From positions 1 through 20,583 of the forward strand of contig CAXHAT010000146.1 in assembly GCA_964014485.1 (NCBI GenBank): 20,583 nt of DNA. Reading direction: 5' to 3'. The DNA is from an uncultured Deferribacteres bacterium. Lineage in GTDB: Bacteria > Zhuqueibacterota > Zhuqueibacteria > Zhuqueibacterales > Geothermadaptataceae. A model generated the notes under the pieces. It was not told the origin of the DNA. It did no database searches and saw only the letters and a program-made list of their open reading frames with translations. The translations under genes were made by a program, and so were the position numbers. Of the stretch, positions 8,142 to 16,670 are shown piece after piece. The stretch's first letter is position 1. Each line of letters starts with the position of its first letter.

Positions 8142-9842
8142 ATGACAATTCGGGGTTTTGCAAATACACGCTTACAACTTGCCGCCGGATTATTTTTAAA
8201 AATCGCACTATTGATCTTGCTGGCCGGCTGCAGCAGTTCTCGTAATAGCGCGCTCCCGGAAACGCCCGTCTTTCCTGCTCAGCCTGATGATCCAGGCGTT
8301 GGAAAAATGCCGGTAATTCGTGTAAGTCTTATCGAAAACGTCAACAAAATCCGTTTTGAGATCGACCACGATTTCGCCGTCTACGACGCGCAAGGGAAGC
8401 CGATCATCCAAAACGCGTCCGGCAGATATTGGGAGGCGACCGTCGCTTCCGCCGCTCCGGTGAATCCCGAATATCGCCTGAGATACGCAACGGTTACAAG
8501 CAGACGCGAGGCGCAGCGCAAACGCATCGAATTGACGGGGAAAAACATTTTTCCTGACATCATCGAGAGAAAATCGAAACTGGACGATGTGACCCGCAAA
8601 ACCTACCACATCGTTTTGCGTCAAAAATTTGACAACGAAGCTGCCGCACAAGCAAAGCGCAGCGAAATGGCGCAAAAAGCGTCTTTCGAAGTGATCGATT
8701 TGCACGCTGACGTTATTTCGGGGGAAATTGAAGTGCGCAACCGAGAAACCGGCGTTTCTTACACTTTCCCTTCCGGGGCGCTCTTTCGATCAAAGCGATT
8801 CACGCTGCACGATGTTCCTGTTGGACAAGGTTTTCATTGGGAGAAAAAAGAAACGCGCAAATTCCGGGAAACCTTCACGCTGCGCGTCAACAGCGGCGGC
8901 AAACTGACCATCATCAATTCTGTCCCGCTGGAAAACTATCTGCTCGGCGTGGTGCCTTCGGAAATGCATGGAAAATTTCCGCTCGAAGCGTTAAAAGCGC
9001 AAGCCATTGCAGCCCGCACAAAAGCGATGCTTGCGTTGGCAAGCGAAGAAAACGAGCACAAGGAAAAGGGGTTCGACTTGTGCGCCACCGTGCATTGCCA
9101 AGTCTATTCCGGCTCCGATCGCGAAACGTCCGCTACGAATGAAGCAGTCGCGCAGACATTTGGCAGCGTACTTCAAAATCGCGGCGCTTTGGTGCAGACG
9201 ACGTACATGGCCGTTTGCGGGGGACATACGGAAAACAATGAAAACGCATGGGACGGCCCCGCCCGCTCCCACTTGCGCGGCGTTTTTGATGGTCAAGGGG
9301 CTCCGGGGCTTCTGGGCGATTTTCTGACAAATGAATCGTACGTCGAAAAGTGGGTTTCCCAAAACAGTCCGGCAAACTGCAATCTGGTCACAGTCGATGC
9401 GCCCGAATCGATGAATTACGCGAAGAAATATTTCCGCTGGCGCGTCAAGGAGCGCAGGGCAAAAATAGAAAAAGCGCTTCGTGAGGCTACCAAGGAAGAC
9501 TTTGGGCAACTCCGTGATATTCTGCCGATTCTTCGCGGCGTTTCAGGGCGCATCAAAAGGGTCAAAATTATCGGCACGAAGAAAAGCTTTTCCATCGACA
9601 AGGAATTGAACATTCGCCGTGCGCTGCATCCGCAAACATTGTACAGCTCATGTTTTATTGTCAAAAAAAGCTTTCAAGACGGGGCCGGGCTGCCGGAAAC
9701 GTTCACTTTTATCGGCGCTGGCTGGGGGCACGGCGTCGGCATGTGCCAAATCGGGGCGGCGGGCATGGCGAGAAAAGGGGCTGATTTTGAGACGATTCTA
9801 ACGCGTTATTACAACGGCGTTGAAATCGCGTCGGCGTATTGA
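8142..9842 (+). CDS. SpoIID/LytB domain lipoprotein (peptidoglycan lytic transglycosylase-like)
   Basis: LENYLLGVVPSEM, EALKAQAIAART, DLCATVHCQVY and GAGWGHGVGMCQIGA..MA, with lipobox LLAGC. The ORF extension 7803-8141 is largely repeat DNA, so the start is placed at ATG 8142, giving a 29-aa signal peptide. Start position uncertain. Confidence 0.88.
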   Translation: MTIRGFANTRLQLAAGLFLKIALLILLAGCSSSRNSALPETPVFPAQPDDPGVGKMPVIRVSLIENVNKIRFEIDHDFAVYDAQGKPIIQNASGRYWEATVASAAPVNPEYRLRYATVTSRREAQRKRIELTGKNIFPDIIERKSKLDDVTRKTYHIVLRQKFDNEAAAQAKRSEMAQKASFEVIDLHADVISGEIEVRNRETGVSYTFPSGALFRSKRFTLHDVPVGQGFHWEKKETRKFRETFTLRVNSGGKLTIINSVPLENYLLGVVPSEMHGKFPLEALKAQAIAARTKAMLALASEENEHKEKGFDLCATVHCQVYSGSDRETSATNEAVAQTFGSVLQNRGALVQTTYMAVCGGHTENNENAWDGPARSHLRGVFDGQGAPGLLGDFLTNESYVEKWVSQNSPANCNLVTVDAPESMNYAKKYFRWRVKERRAKIEKALREATKEDFGQLRDILPILRGVSGRIKRVKIIGTKKSFSIDKELNIRRALHPQTLYSSCFIVKKSFQDGAGLPETFTFIGAGWGHGVGMCQIGAAGMARKGADFETILTRYYNGVEIASAY

Positions 9843-10002
9843 TTGTTGTTTCGCCAAAAAAATGCAAACGCGACTAAATTATATCAATGCTGTTTCGGGC
9901 GCCGGGATCAAGGCGTTTAACGCTAAAAGCGCCGCATCGTAATTACATAATAATATTAGACTTTGCCCAGCAGAAACAGTCGGTTTGGAGAAATATTTCT
10001 TC

Positions 10003-10031
10003 TTGACTGTTGGTAAAATAATATTTATCAT
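10003..10031 (+). promoter_or_regulatory. Putative sigma70 promoter for the DUF151 gene
   Basis: TTGACT (10003-10008), 17-bp spacer, TATCAT (10026-10031), in an AT-rich intergenic region. Confidence 0.6.
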
Positions 10032-10123
10032 AACCACGCAAAAATTGTCTCCTCAGCCCCAAAACTCAATGATACAAAGAGCTTCCCAAATGATTCGCCT
10101 GATACGCCCTACGGGAGTCGTCA

Positions 10124-10696
10124 ATGTTAGTAGAAGTTAAAATTGACCGTGTTACCCTCGACACCGCATCGAATCGATTTGTCGTTATTTTGAGAGACGA
10201 AATTAAGCATCGCTGGCTCCCAATCGTCGTCGGCTCCACTGAAGCGCAGGCCATCGCGTTAGAGTTGGAAAATATCACCCCGCCAAGACCTTTAACTCAC
10301 GATCTGATCAAAAATCTTCTCGATTCCATCGAAGCTCGCGTTTCGCGCATTGTTGTCAGCGATTTGCGCGAAAACACCTATTTTGCCATGATCGGCCTCA
10401 AGTTCAACAGCTCGCACGCCGAAATTGACGCGCGTCCAAGCGACGCCATCGCCGTGGCGCTCAGAACTGCGTCTCCCATTTTTGTGGATGAAGACGTCAT
10501 GCAGAAAGCGGCGGTTTCCGAACGCGACACGTCCTTGGTTGAACGCCCGGACGATTTCAAGCCGATGAACCGCCTCGACAGACTGAAGCACGACATGCAA
10601 AAAGCGGTCACGGAAGAAAGGTACGAAGACGCCGCAAAGATTCGTGACGAAATAAATACGCTGATGACGGAAGATCGAAAATTGGATAAAGAATAG
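10124..10696 (+). CDS. Bifunctional nuclease family (DUF151) protein with C-terminal UVR coiled-coil motif
   Basis: LPIVVG..EAQAIA, RPLTHDL and IDARPSDAIAVALR, with UVR-like MQKAVTEERYEDAAKIRDEI. RBS GGGAG. Confidence 0.92.
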   Translation: MLVEVKIDRVTLDTASNRFVVILRDEIKHRWLPIVVGSTEAQAIALELENITPPRPLTHDLIKNLLDSIEARVSRIVVSDLRENTYFAMIGLKFNSSHAEIDARPSDAIAVALRTASPIFVDEDVMQKAAVSERDTSLVERPDDFKPMNRLDRLKHDMQKAVTEERYEDAAKIRDEINTLMTEDRKLDKE

Positions 10697-10783
10697 CCCA
10701 TTTATAAGAAGATGTTTTTTTAAGAACATGAAGCACAGTTCCAGAAGTTCGGGATTGTGCTTTTTTCGTGAAAGGAGGGAAAG

Positions 10784-12451
10784 ATGAAGAAGACGTTATT
10801 GTTTTTAACGCTTGGCGCTCTGCTCCTCGCAGGGTGCGAGGCCGCCAAACACCCTGAGCTGGCTATCAAAGACGACCTCGACGCACGCATGAGCAAGGCC
10901 GTCGATGTTGAGATTACCGCCGACATTTCCTACCTGCCGGAAAACGAACAGAAAGCGCTCAAAAAAATCATCGAAGCCAGCAAGTACATGGACGCGATTT
11001 TCTTACGCCAGGTCTCTGCTGAAAATCCGGCCATGCTCGCGGCGCTCGAAGCTCGGAACGACGAGGTCGGCAAAAAGGCGCTCAAGTTCTTCAAAATCAA
11101 CGTTGGCCCGTGGGATCGTTTTGATGAAGACGCGCCTTTCATGGGGCTGCAAAACGCCGGCTATGTCGAAAAACCCGCCGGGGCAGGCTACTATCCCGCT
11201 GACATGACGAAAGAAAAGTTTGAAGCCGCCATCGCTTCAAACGGCGCAGACGCCGACGCATTGAAGGGGCTTTTCACGGTGGTCGAGCGGGCGGGCGACG
11301 GCTTTAAGGCAACGCCCTATTCTCAGGCTTACGCAAAATTGTTGGAGCCTGCGGCGAAGTTGCTCAAAGAAGCCGCCGAACTCACCGAAAACGAATCACT
11401 GAAAAGCTTTTTGATCAAGCGCGCCGATGCATTTTTCAGCGACGATTACTACGAAAGCGACATCGCCTGGATGGAATTGGACAGCCCGGTTGAAGTGACC
11501 ATCGGCCCGTACGAAGTTTACGAAGACGCTCTTTTCTCCTACAAAGCGGCGTTCACTTCATTCGTCACCGTCAGTGATCCTGAAGCCAGTAAAAAGTTGG
11601 CGGTTTACAAAGCCGAGCTTCCGGCGATGGAAGAGAATCTGCCCATTCCCGATCATATGAAAAACCGCAATCGCGGCACGGAATCGCCGATTCGCGTGGT
11701 GGACGTGGTTTTTACCGGCGGCGACACCAAGGCGGGCGTGCAAACCATCGCGTTCAATCTGCCGAACGACGAGCGCGTGCGGGAAGAAAAAGGCAGCAAA
11801 AAAGTGCTGCTGCGTAATGTCATCACGGCGAAATACGATGAGATTTTGAATCCCATCGCCCAGCGCATGGTCGATGCTTCGCAATTGGAGTTTCTTGCTG
11901 CGGAAGCGTTCTCGAACAACGTGCTTTTCCACGAGCTTTCGCACGGTCTTGGGCCTGGAAAAATTAAGGTGGACGGCAGGGAGACGGAAGTGCGGCTGGA
12001 ATTGAAGGATTTGTACTCCGCCGCCGAAGAAGCCAAAGCCGACGTGATGGGCATTCACAATGTATTTCTGATAATCGATAAAGGCATTTTACCGGCGGAC
12101 ATGTTTAAGAAAACGGCGGTGACTTACTTGGCGGGACTGTTCCGCAGCGTACGTTTCGGCGCGAACTCGGCGCACGGAAAGGGCGTGGCGGTGCAGCTCA
12201 ACTACATGCTGGAAAAAGGCGCAATTTCGCAGGACGATGAAGGCGTTTTCACGATGAATTTCGACAAGTTCGAAAGCGTGATCAGCGACTTGACCCGTGA
12301 TCTCTGCGTCCTGCAAGCCAACGGCGACTATGCCGGAACCAAAGCCTTGTTCGACAAATACGCCACACTGCCGCAAAATATCGCAGATCGTCTCGCTTCT
12401 CTCGACGACATCCCCATTGACCTCTCCCCGCAGTTTCCACTGGCGGAATAA
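10784..12451 (+). CDS. Peptidase family M49 (dipeptidyl-peptidase III-like) lipoprotein
   Basis: Lipobox LLAGC, IGPYEVYED, AFNLPNDERV, Zn motif HELSHGLGP and EEAKAD. Strong RBS AAGGAGG. Confidence 0.9.
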   Translation: MKKTLLFLTLGALLLAGCEAAKHPELAIKDDLDARMSKAVDVEITADISYLPENEQKALKKIIEASKYMDAIFLRQVSAENPAMLAALEARNDEVGKKALKFFKINVGPWDRFDEDAPFMGLQNAGYVEKPAGAGYYPADMTKEKFEAAIASNGADADALKGLFTVVERAGDGFKATPYSQAYAKLLEPAAKLLKEAAELTENESLKSFLIKRADAFFSDDYYESDIAWMELDSPVEVTIGPYEVYEDALFSYKAAFTSFVTVSDPEASKKLAVYKAELPAMEENLPIPDHMKNRNRGTESPIRVVDVVFTGGDTKAGVQTIAFNLPNDERVREEKGSKKVLLRNVITAKYDEILNPIAQRMVDASQLEFLAAEAFSNNVLFHELSHGLGPGKIKVDGRETEVRLELKDLYSAAEEAKADVMGIHNVFLIIDKGILPADMFKKTAVTYLAGLFRSVRFGANSAHGKGVAVQLNYMLEKGAISQDDEGVFTMNFDKFESVISDLTRDLCVLQANGDYAGTKALFDKYATLPQNIADRLASLDDIPIDLSPQFPLAE

Positions 12452-12460
12452 AACGACTTC

Positions 12461-12488
12461 GTAGAGACGCGATGCATCGCGTCTCTAC
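12461..12488. repeat. GTAG-type REP-like perfect palindrome, copy 2
   Basis: Identical to 6219-6246; lies between convergent genes. Confidence 0.9.
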
Positions 12489-12541
12489 AATTCGACTCTT
12501 GAGTCAAATGCAAAAAGCTTAATTTTTGAATAGAACTGTTC

Positions 12542-12564
12542 GCAAAGCAAGCTTTGCACTCCTT
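12542..12564. repeat. Solo arm of the GGAGTGC-tagged repeat
   Basis: GCAAAGCAAGCTTTGCACTCCTT is identical (23/23) to 361-383 and abuts the oxidoreductase stop codon. Confidence 0.85.
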
Positions 12565-15500
12565 TAAATCAGCGCTTCGTTTAGAATTTCAATCGGGTGC
12601 TTGGCGCGGCGGCCGCTGCCGTGTTCGATTTGGCAGCGACAGCTAAAACCGCTGGCGGCAATGATTGTGTCGTCCGCTTGCTCGCGCACTTTTGGCAAAA
12701 GACGGCGCTCGGCCATTTTTATCGACACATCGTAGTGCTCGGCTTCGTAGCCAAACGATCCAGCCATGCCGCAGCAGCCCGAGTCGACTTCTTCCACCTC
12801 ACACTCAGGCAATAAATTCAGCATGTTTTTCACCTGCCCAGTTCCGACAAGCGATTTCTGGTGACAGTGACCGTGCAGTAAAATTTTGCATGCACCCTGC
12901 GAGAATTTCAGCGCCGCCTCTCCGTTTTCCGCGGCGTCCGTCAGGAATTCTTCTATCAAAAATGACTGTTTTGCCACGCGCTTCGCCGCCTCGCGATCCG
13001 AGGTCATGTACAAATACTCGTCGCGCAAGGTCAAAATGCAGCTCGGTTCCAGTCCGACTATGGCAAGGCCTTGCCTGGCGTAGACGTCAAGAACGCGCAC
13101 GGTTTCATCCGCCAGTTTCTTCGCTTGCTCGGCGAGTCCTTTTGAAATCATCGGTCGTCCGCAGCAGCGATGGCCGGGCAAAATCACTTCGTAGCCCGCT
13201 TTTTCCAGCAAATTCACCGCTGCACGCGCAATGTGTGGTTCATTGCACGAACTGAACGTATCATTGAAAAACACAACACGCTTCTTTGACGCCAGGTTTT
13301 GAGCACCTTGAATTATCATGCTGGAAGCATCTTTTTTATAATTTTCCTTTGAAGCTGCGAGAACGTTCTTACCTGGCGGGTTAAAAAGATTCCTCCGGAA
13401 TGACAATAGAGGGGCTTTCTGAGCATCCTTTACTGAACCGTTTCTCGTGTGCGCTTCAAACCATTTTTCAAAAGGCTGTTTTGCAAAGGGCGGCAAGGTT
13501 CGTTCAGCGCTCACGCCAAGCAGGGATTGCGCAATTTTCCTGGCAAGACCTGTTTTCATCGCCGAATTGATCAAAGGCGCCAAACGCCCGGCTCCGAACC
13601 GGCTGATACGCGCGATGTTGCCAAAAACTTTTGACCGCAGCGGCGTTTTGTTCTTGTCATAATATTGCGCCAAAAACTCGAACTTGACCTTCGCCATGTC
13701 CACGGATGACGGACACTCCGCCTTGCACGCCTTGCACTCAACGCACAAATCCATCACGTCGAACATACGCTTGCCTGTTAATTCGTTCGTGGGCAACTTG
13801 CCGGACATGGCGGCGCGCAGAGCGTTGGCGCGACCACGCGTGCTGTGCTCCTCTTCCTGCGTGGCCATAAAACTCGGACACATCGTGCCCGTCGTGGTTT
13901 TGCGGCAAATCCCGGCGCCGTTGCACATTTCTACCGCGCGGTCAAAGCCTTCGTCGGCGCTAAAATCGTATTTCGTCTGGAGCTGAACGGCGGAATATTT
14001 TTCGCCGTAGCGCAGATTTTCGGTAATGTCCTGCGGATTGACCACGACACCGGGATTGAAAATATTGTGCGGGTCAAAAGCTTGCTTGACTTCCTTGTAC
14101 AAATTGTACAACGCTTCGCCATAAAAATACGGATTCAGCCAACTGCGGCAGCGCCCGTCGCCGTGCTCGCTGGCCAGGGAGCCGCCGTATCCGCCAAGCA
14201 GTTCCGCCGAAAATCGCCCGATCTTCGGCAGTTTTTCAACGTCACGTGCGTCTTTAGCGTTAATCAGCGGACGAATGTGGATGCATCCAGCGCTAGCGTG
14301 AGCGTAATAAGCCACATTCGTGCCCAAGTCGTTACAAAATTTTTCAATGCGCGTCACGTACTCCGCCAGATACTCGGTCGGCACGGCGGCGTCTTCGATG
14401 AACGGTATCGGCTTGTGGTCGCCCTTGATGCTCATCATCAGGCCGAGGCCGACCTTGCGAACCGTCCAGACATTGTCCTGTCGCCATTTTTCCAGCGCAG
14501 GAACAAGTTCGGCGCGCACTTTTTCTCGGCGTAAATGTTGTTCAAGCTGTTCGACTTTTTGTTTTAACTCCTTGTCAGACTCGCCGTAAAACTCGGTAAT
14601 CAAAATGCAGTTTGGCTGGCCGCTCAGGAAAGTTTTGAGCAGGCGGGCGTATTGCGGCACTTCACGGCAGAGCGTCAAGCCCAGATTATCCATCATTTCC
14701 ACGGCGGAAGGCTGCACTTCCAAAATTGTCGGGACAGCGGAGAGCGCTTCAAACAAGCTCTCGAATTGAATGATCGCCAGCGCCGTCTTTTTCGGACGAG
14801 GCACGAGGTTGAGTTTAATTTCCGTGATGACGCCAAGCGATCCCTCTGCCCCGCTCAAAAGTTTGGCCAGATTAAAACCGGGCTGCTGCGGTCCGCGGAA
14901 GTTCGCGCCTTCGATGAACCGGTCGAGATTGTAGCCGCCGCAGCGCCGCCAATGTTTGGGCGTACCTCGCAAAATCGTTTCTCGGTTTTCCGCCGCGATC
15001 TCAGAGATTTTTTGGTAAAGCGCCCTTTCCAACCCGCCGCTTTTCTTTTTTTGCGCCAACAAGTCATCATCAAGAGCGCGAAAATGAGCTTGCGAACCAT
15101 CACTCAACAAAGCCTTGATTTCGAGCACGTGATCGGCGGTCATTCCGTACATGATCGAATGACTGCCGGTGGAGTTGTTCGAGACTATGCCGCCCATCGC
15201 TGCGCGGTTGCTGCTGGCGGGGTCAGGGCCGAACTGCAGACCATATTTTTGCAGATGCAAATTGAGCACGTCGAGCACCACGCCGGGCTGGACGCGCACC
15301 CATTTTTCTTCCCGATTGACCTCAATGATTTCGTTTAGGTGACGAGAGAAATCGATAACCAAAGCTTCGTTGACGGCTTGCCCGGCAAGGCTGCTGCCTC
15401 CAGTGCGCGCCAACAGCGGAATCTTGAATTTTGCCGCTTCTTCAACCGCCGCCTGCACGTCGCCGCGAGATTTTGGCAGCAGCACGCCGTGCGGCGTCAT

Positions 15501-15620
15501 CTGGTAAATACTGGCGTCCGTGCTATAGAAAATCTTTGAGTATTCGTCGGTTCGAAGCTCGCCGTCAACACGTTTTTTTAGAGAATTCAAAAAATCAGGT
15601 AGCGCCGTTTTTGTCTGCAT
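12564..15620 (-). CDS. FAD-binding and (Fe-S)-binding oxidoreductase (GlcD/GlcF fusion, YdiJ-like 2-hydroxyacid dehydrogenase)
   Basis: YSTDASIY, GGSSLAGQA, GPDPAS, GAEGSLG, HASAGCIHIRP and EHGDG; Cys clusters CNGAGIC and CVECKACKAECP; CCG domains CCGRP, HGHCHQK and CCGMAGSFG. Carries a 40-aa repeat-derived insert. Confidence 0.93.
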   Translation of the reverse strand: MQTKTALPDFLNSLKKRVDGELRTDEYSKIFYSTDASIYQMTPHGVLLPKSRGDVQAAVEEAAKFKIPLLARTGGSSLAGQAVNEALVIDFSRHLNEIIEVNREEKWVRVQPGVVLDVLNLHLQKYGLQFGPDPASSNRAAMGGIVSNNSTGSHSIMYGMTADHVLEIKALLSDGSQAHFRALDDDLLAQKKKSGGLERALYQKISEIAAENRETILRGTPKHWRRCGGYNLDRFIEGANFRGPQQPGFNLAKLLSGAEGSLGVITEIKLNLVPRPKKTALAIIQFESLFEALSAVPTILEVQPSAVEMMDNLGLTLCREVPQYARLLKTFLSGQPNCILITEFYGESDKELKQKVEQLEQHLRREKVRAELVPALEKWRQDNVWTVRKVGLGLMMSIKGDHKPIPFIEDAAVPTEYLAEYVTRIEKFCNDLGTNVAYYAHASAGCIHIRPLINAKDARDVEKLPKIGRFSAELLGGYGGSLASEHGDGRCRSWLNPYFYGEALYNLYKEVKQAFDPHNIFNPGVVVNPQDITENLRYGEKYSAVQLQTKYDFSADEGFDRAVEMCNGAGICRKTTTGTMCPSFMATQEEEHSTRGRANALRAAMSGKLPTNELTGKRMFDVMDLCVECKACKAECPSSVDMAKVKFEFLAQYYDKNKTPLRSKVFGNIARISRFGAGRLAPLINSAMKTGLARKIAQSLLGVSAERTLPPFAKQPFEKWFEAHTRNGSVKDAQKAPLLSFRRNLFNPPGKNVLAASKENYKKDASSMIIQGAQNLASKKRVVFFNDTFSSCNEPHIARAAVNLLEKAGYEVILPGHRCCGRPMISKGLAEQAKKLADETVRVLDVYARQGLAIVGLEPSCILTLRDEYLYMTSDREAAKRVAKQSFLIEEFLTDAAENGEAALKFSQGACKILLHGHCHQKSLVGTGQVKNMLNLLPECEVEEVDSGCCGMAGSFGYEAEHYDVSIKMAERRLLPKVREQADDTIIAASGFSCRCQIEHGSGRRAKHPIEILNEALI
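13311..13420 (-). repeat. ~110-bp palindromic element, copy 2, inserted in frame within the oxidoreductase CDS
   Basis: Inverted arms 13406-13383 and 13313-13336 (19/24). 85/110 identical to 7972-8081. Flanked by TGAGCA at 13300-13305 and 13420-13425, 120 bp apart. Confidence 0.88.
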
Positions 15621-15890
15621 GGTCGGGAACGTCTTTCATAAATCGCGGTTTTTGAATCAGTTTAATTGCTCAAAAGTGGCGTTTCATGCAGTTTGAATCA
15701 ACAGAATCAACGCGAATGTAATCGGCGGCGGCAAGGCCCGACGTCCCGCAACGCTGCTATTTTTTCTGAGCCTGCATCGACGTTTTCGAGACTATCGGGG
15801 TTGACATTTTCGCTTGGTTTTAGTACGACAATTGACCGGGTTTCAACAGACGATTTTTAACTTTCGAGCATGATAACATGGAGAAATAAA

Positions 15891-16397
15891 ATGAGCATAA
15901 GCGCATCTTTGCTGCCTGAATTCGACCACGAAATGGCGCATACTAAAAAATTTCTCGAGCGGTTGCCGGACGATAAACTCGATTTCAAGCCGCACGAAAA
16001 ATCGTGGACGATGGGAGAGTTGGCGACGCATCTGGCCAATCTGCCAAGCTGGGCCGTCCAAACATTTGAGCAAGAATCTCTGGATTTCGCACCGCCCGGC
16101 GGAGACCCGATTCCGCCTTTGAAGGCCGCCGCTTCTTGTGCGGAAATCTTGGAAATGTTTGAAAAAAACGTTGCGGCTGCGCGATCGCTGCTTGAAAGCG
16201 CCGACGACGAAAAAATGATGGGAATCTGGACGCTTTTATCCGGCGGTCAAGAAATCTTTTCCATGCCCCGAGTCGCTGTTTTTCGCAGCTTCATTTTGAG
16301 CCATATGATTCACCATCGCGCGCAACTTGGCGTTTATTTGCGCATGAACGACGTACCGGTTCCTGGGCCTTACGGGCCTTCGGCGGACGAAGCGTAA
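15891..16397 (+). CDS. DinB/YfiT-like four-helix-bundle metalloprotein (not DNA polymerase IV)
   Basis: FKPHEKSWTMGELATHLA and HMIHHRAQLGVYLR..DVPVPG.YGPSADE. ATG 15891 has GGAG upstream. Confidence 0.9.
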   Translation: MSISASLLPEFDHEMAHTKKFLERLPDDKLDFKPHEKSWTMGELATHLANLPSWAVQTFEQESLDFAPPGGDPIPPLKAAASCAEILEMFEKNVAAARSLLESADDEKMMGIWTLLSGGQEIFSMPRVAVFRSFILSHMIHHRAQLGVYLRMNDVPVPGPYGPSADEA

Positions 16398-16455
16398 CGG
16401 CATTTGAGAATTTGGCGACGAAAGAACTTTGAAGGCTCGTTTTTCGTCAACCGAA

Positions 16456-16670
16456 CTCACTACCTGACACTTTTTATCATGTCACCCCTGTCGGGGTTTG
16501 GCGGGCGTGATTTTATTCAAATTCTCTATAATCATGTCATCCCTCCGGGATTTTCGCCTCAAAACAACCCCGGAGGGGTGGAAAGATTATAGAAAATGAA
16601 CGAAAAAACCTCTCCAAAAACCCCGCAGGGGTGAAATAAAAGCATCTCGTAAAAAGTGTCAGGTAGTGAA
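16456..16670. mobile_element. 215-bp MITE-like element carrying four nested REP-like hairpins
   Basis: Perfect 20-bp inverted repeats TCACTACCTGACACTTTTTA (16457-16476) and TAAAAAGTGTCAGGTAGTGA (16650-16669). AACCGAA on both flanks (16449-16455, 16671-16677). No transposase. Confidence 0.8.

Noticed and set aside
10124..10696. DUF151 nuclease as part of an anti-phage defence system
   Set aside because: It is a widespread stand-alone family, and no defence-type partner genes are nearby.
12665..15539. Long antisense ORFs (e.g. 13845-14534, 14652-15338; also 5402-5980 and 19863-20411)
   Set aside because: They are shadows of well-supported genes on the opposite strand and have no motifs.
12564..15620. 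Oxidoreductase as the glycolate-oxidising step of a Dahms xylose pathway linked to the left-hand cluster
   Set aside because: It lies 7 kb away behind unrelated genes, and substrate cannot be read from the sequence.
15801..15829. TTGACA-anchored promoter for the DinB-fold gene
   Set aside because: The -35 is perfect but the -10 at 17 bp is poor (TACGAC); not enough support.
16404..16592. 62-aa ORF downstream of the DinB-fold gene
   Set aside because: It mostly translates the MITE/REP sequence and has no recognisable domain.
16476..16637. Mini-CRISPR interpretation of the four hairpin units
   Set aside because: The units are degenerate and in mirror orientation, not identical direct repeats with regular spacers.
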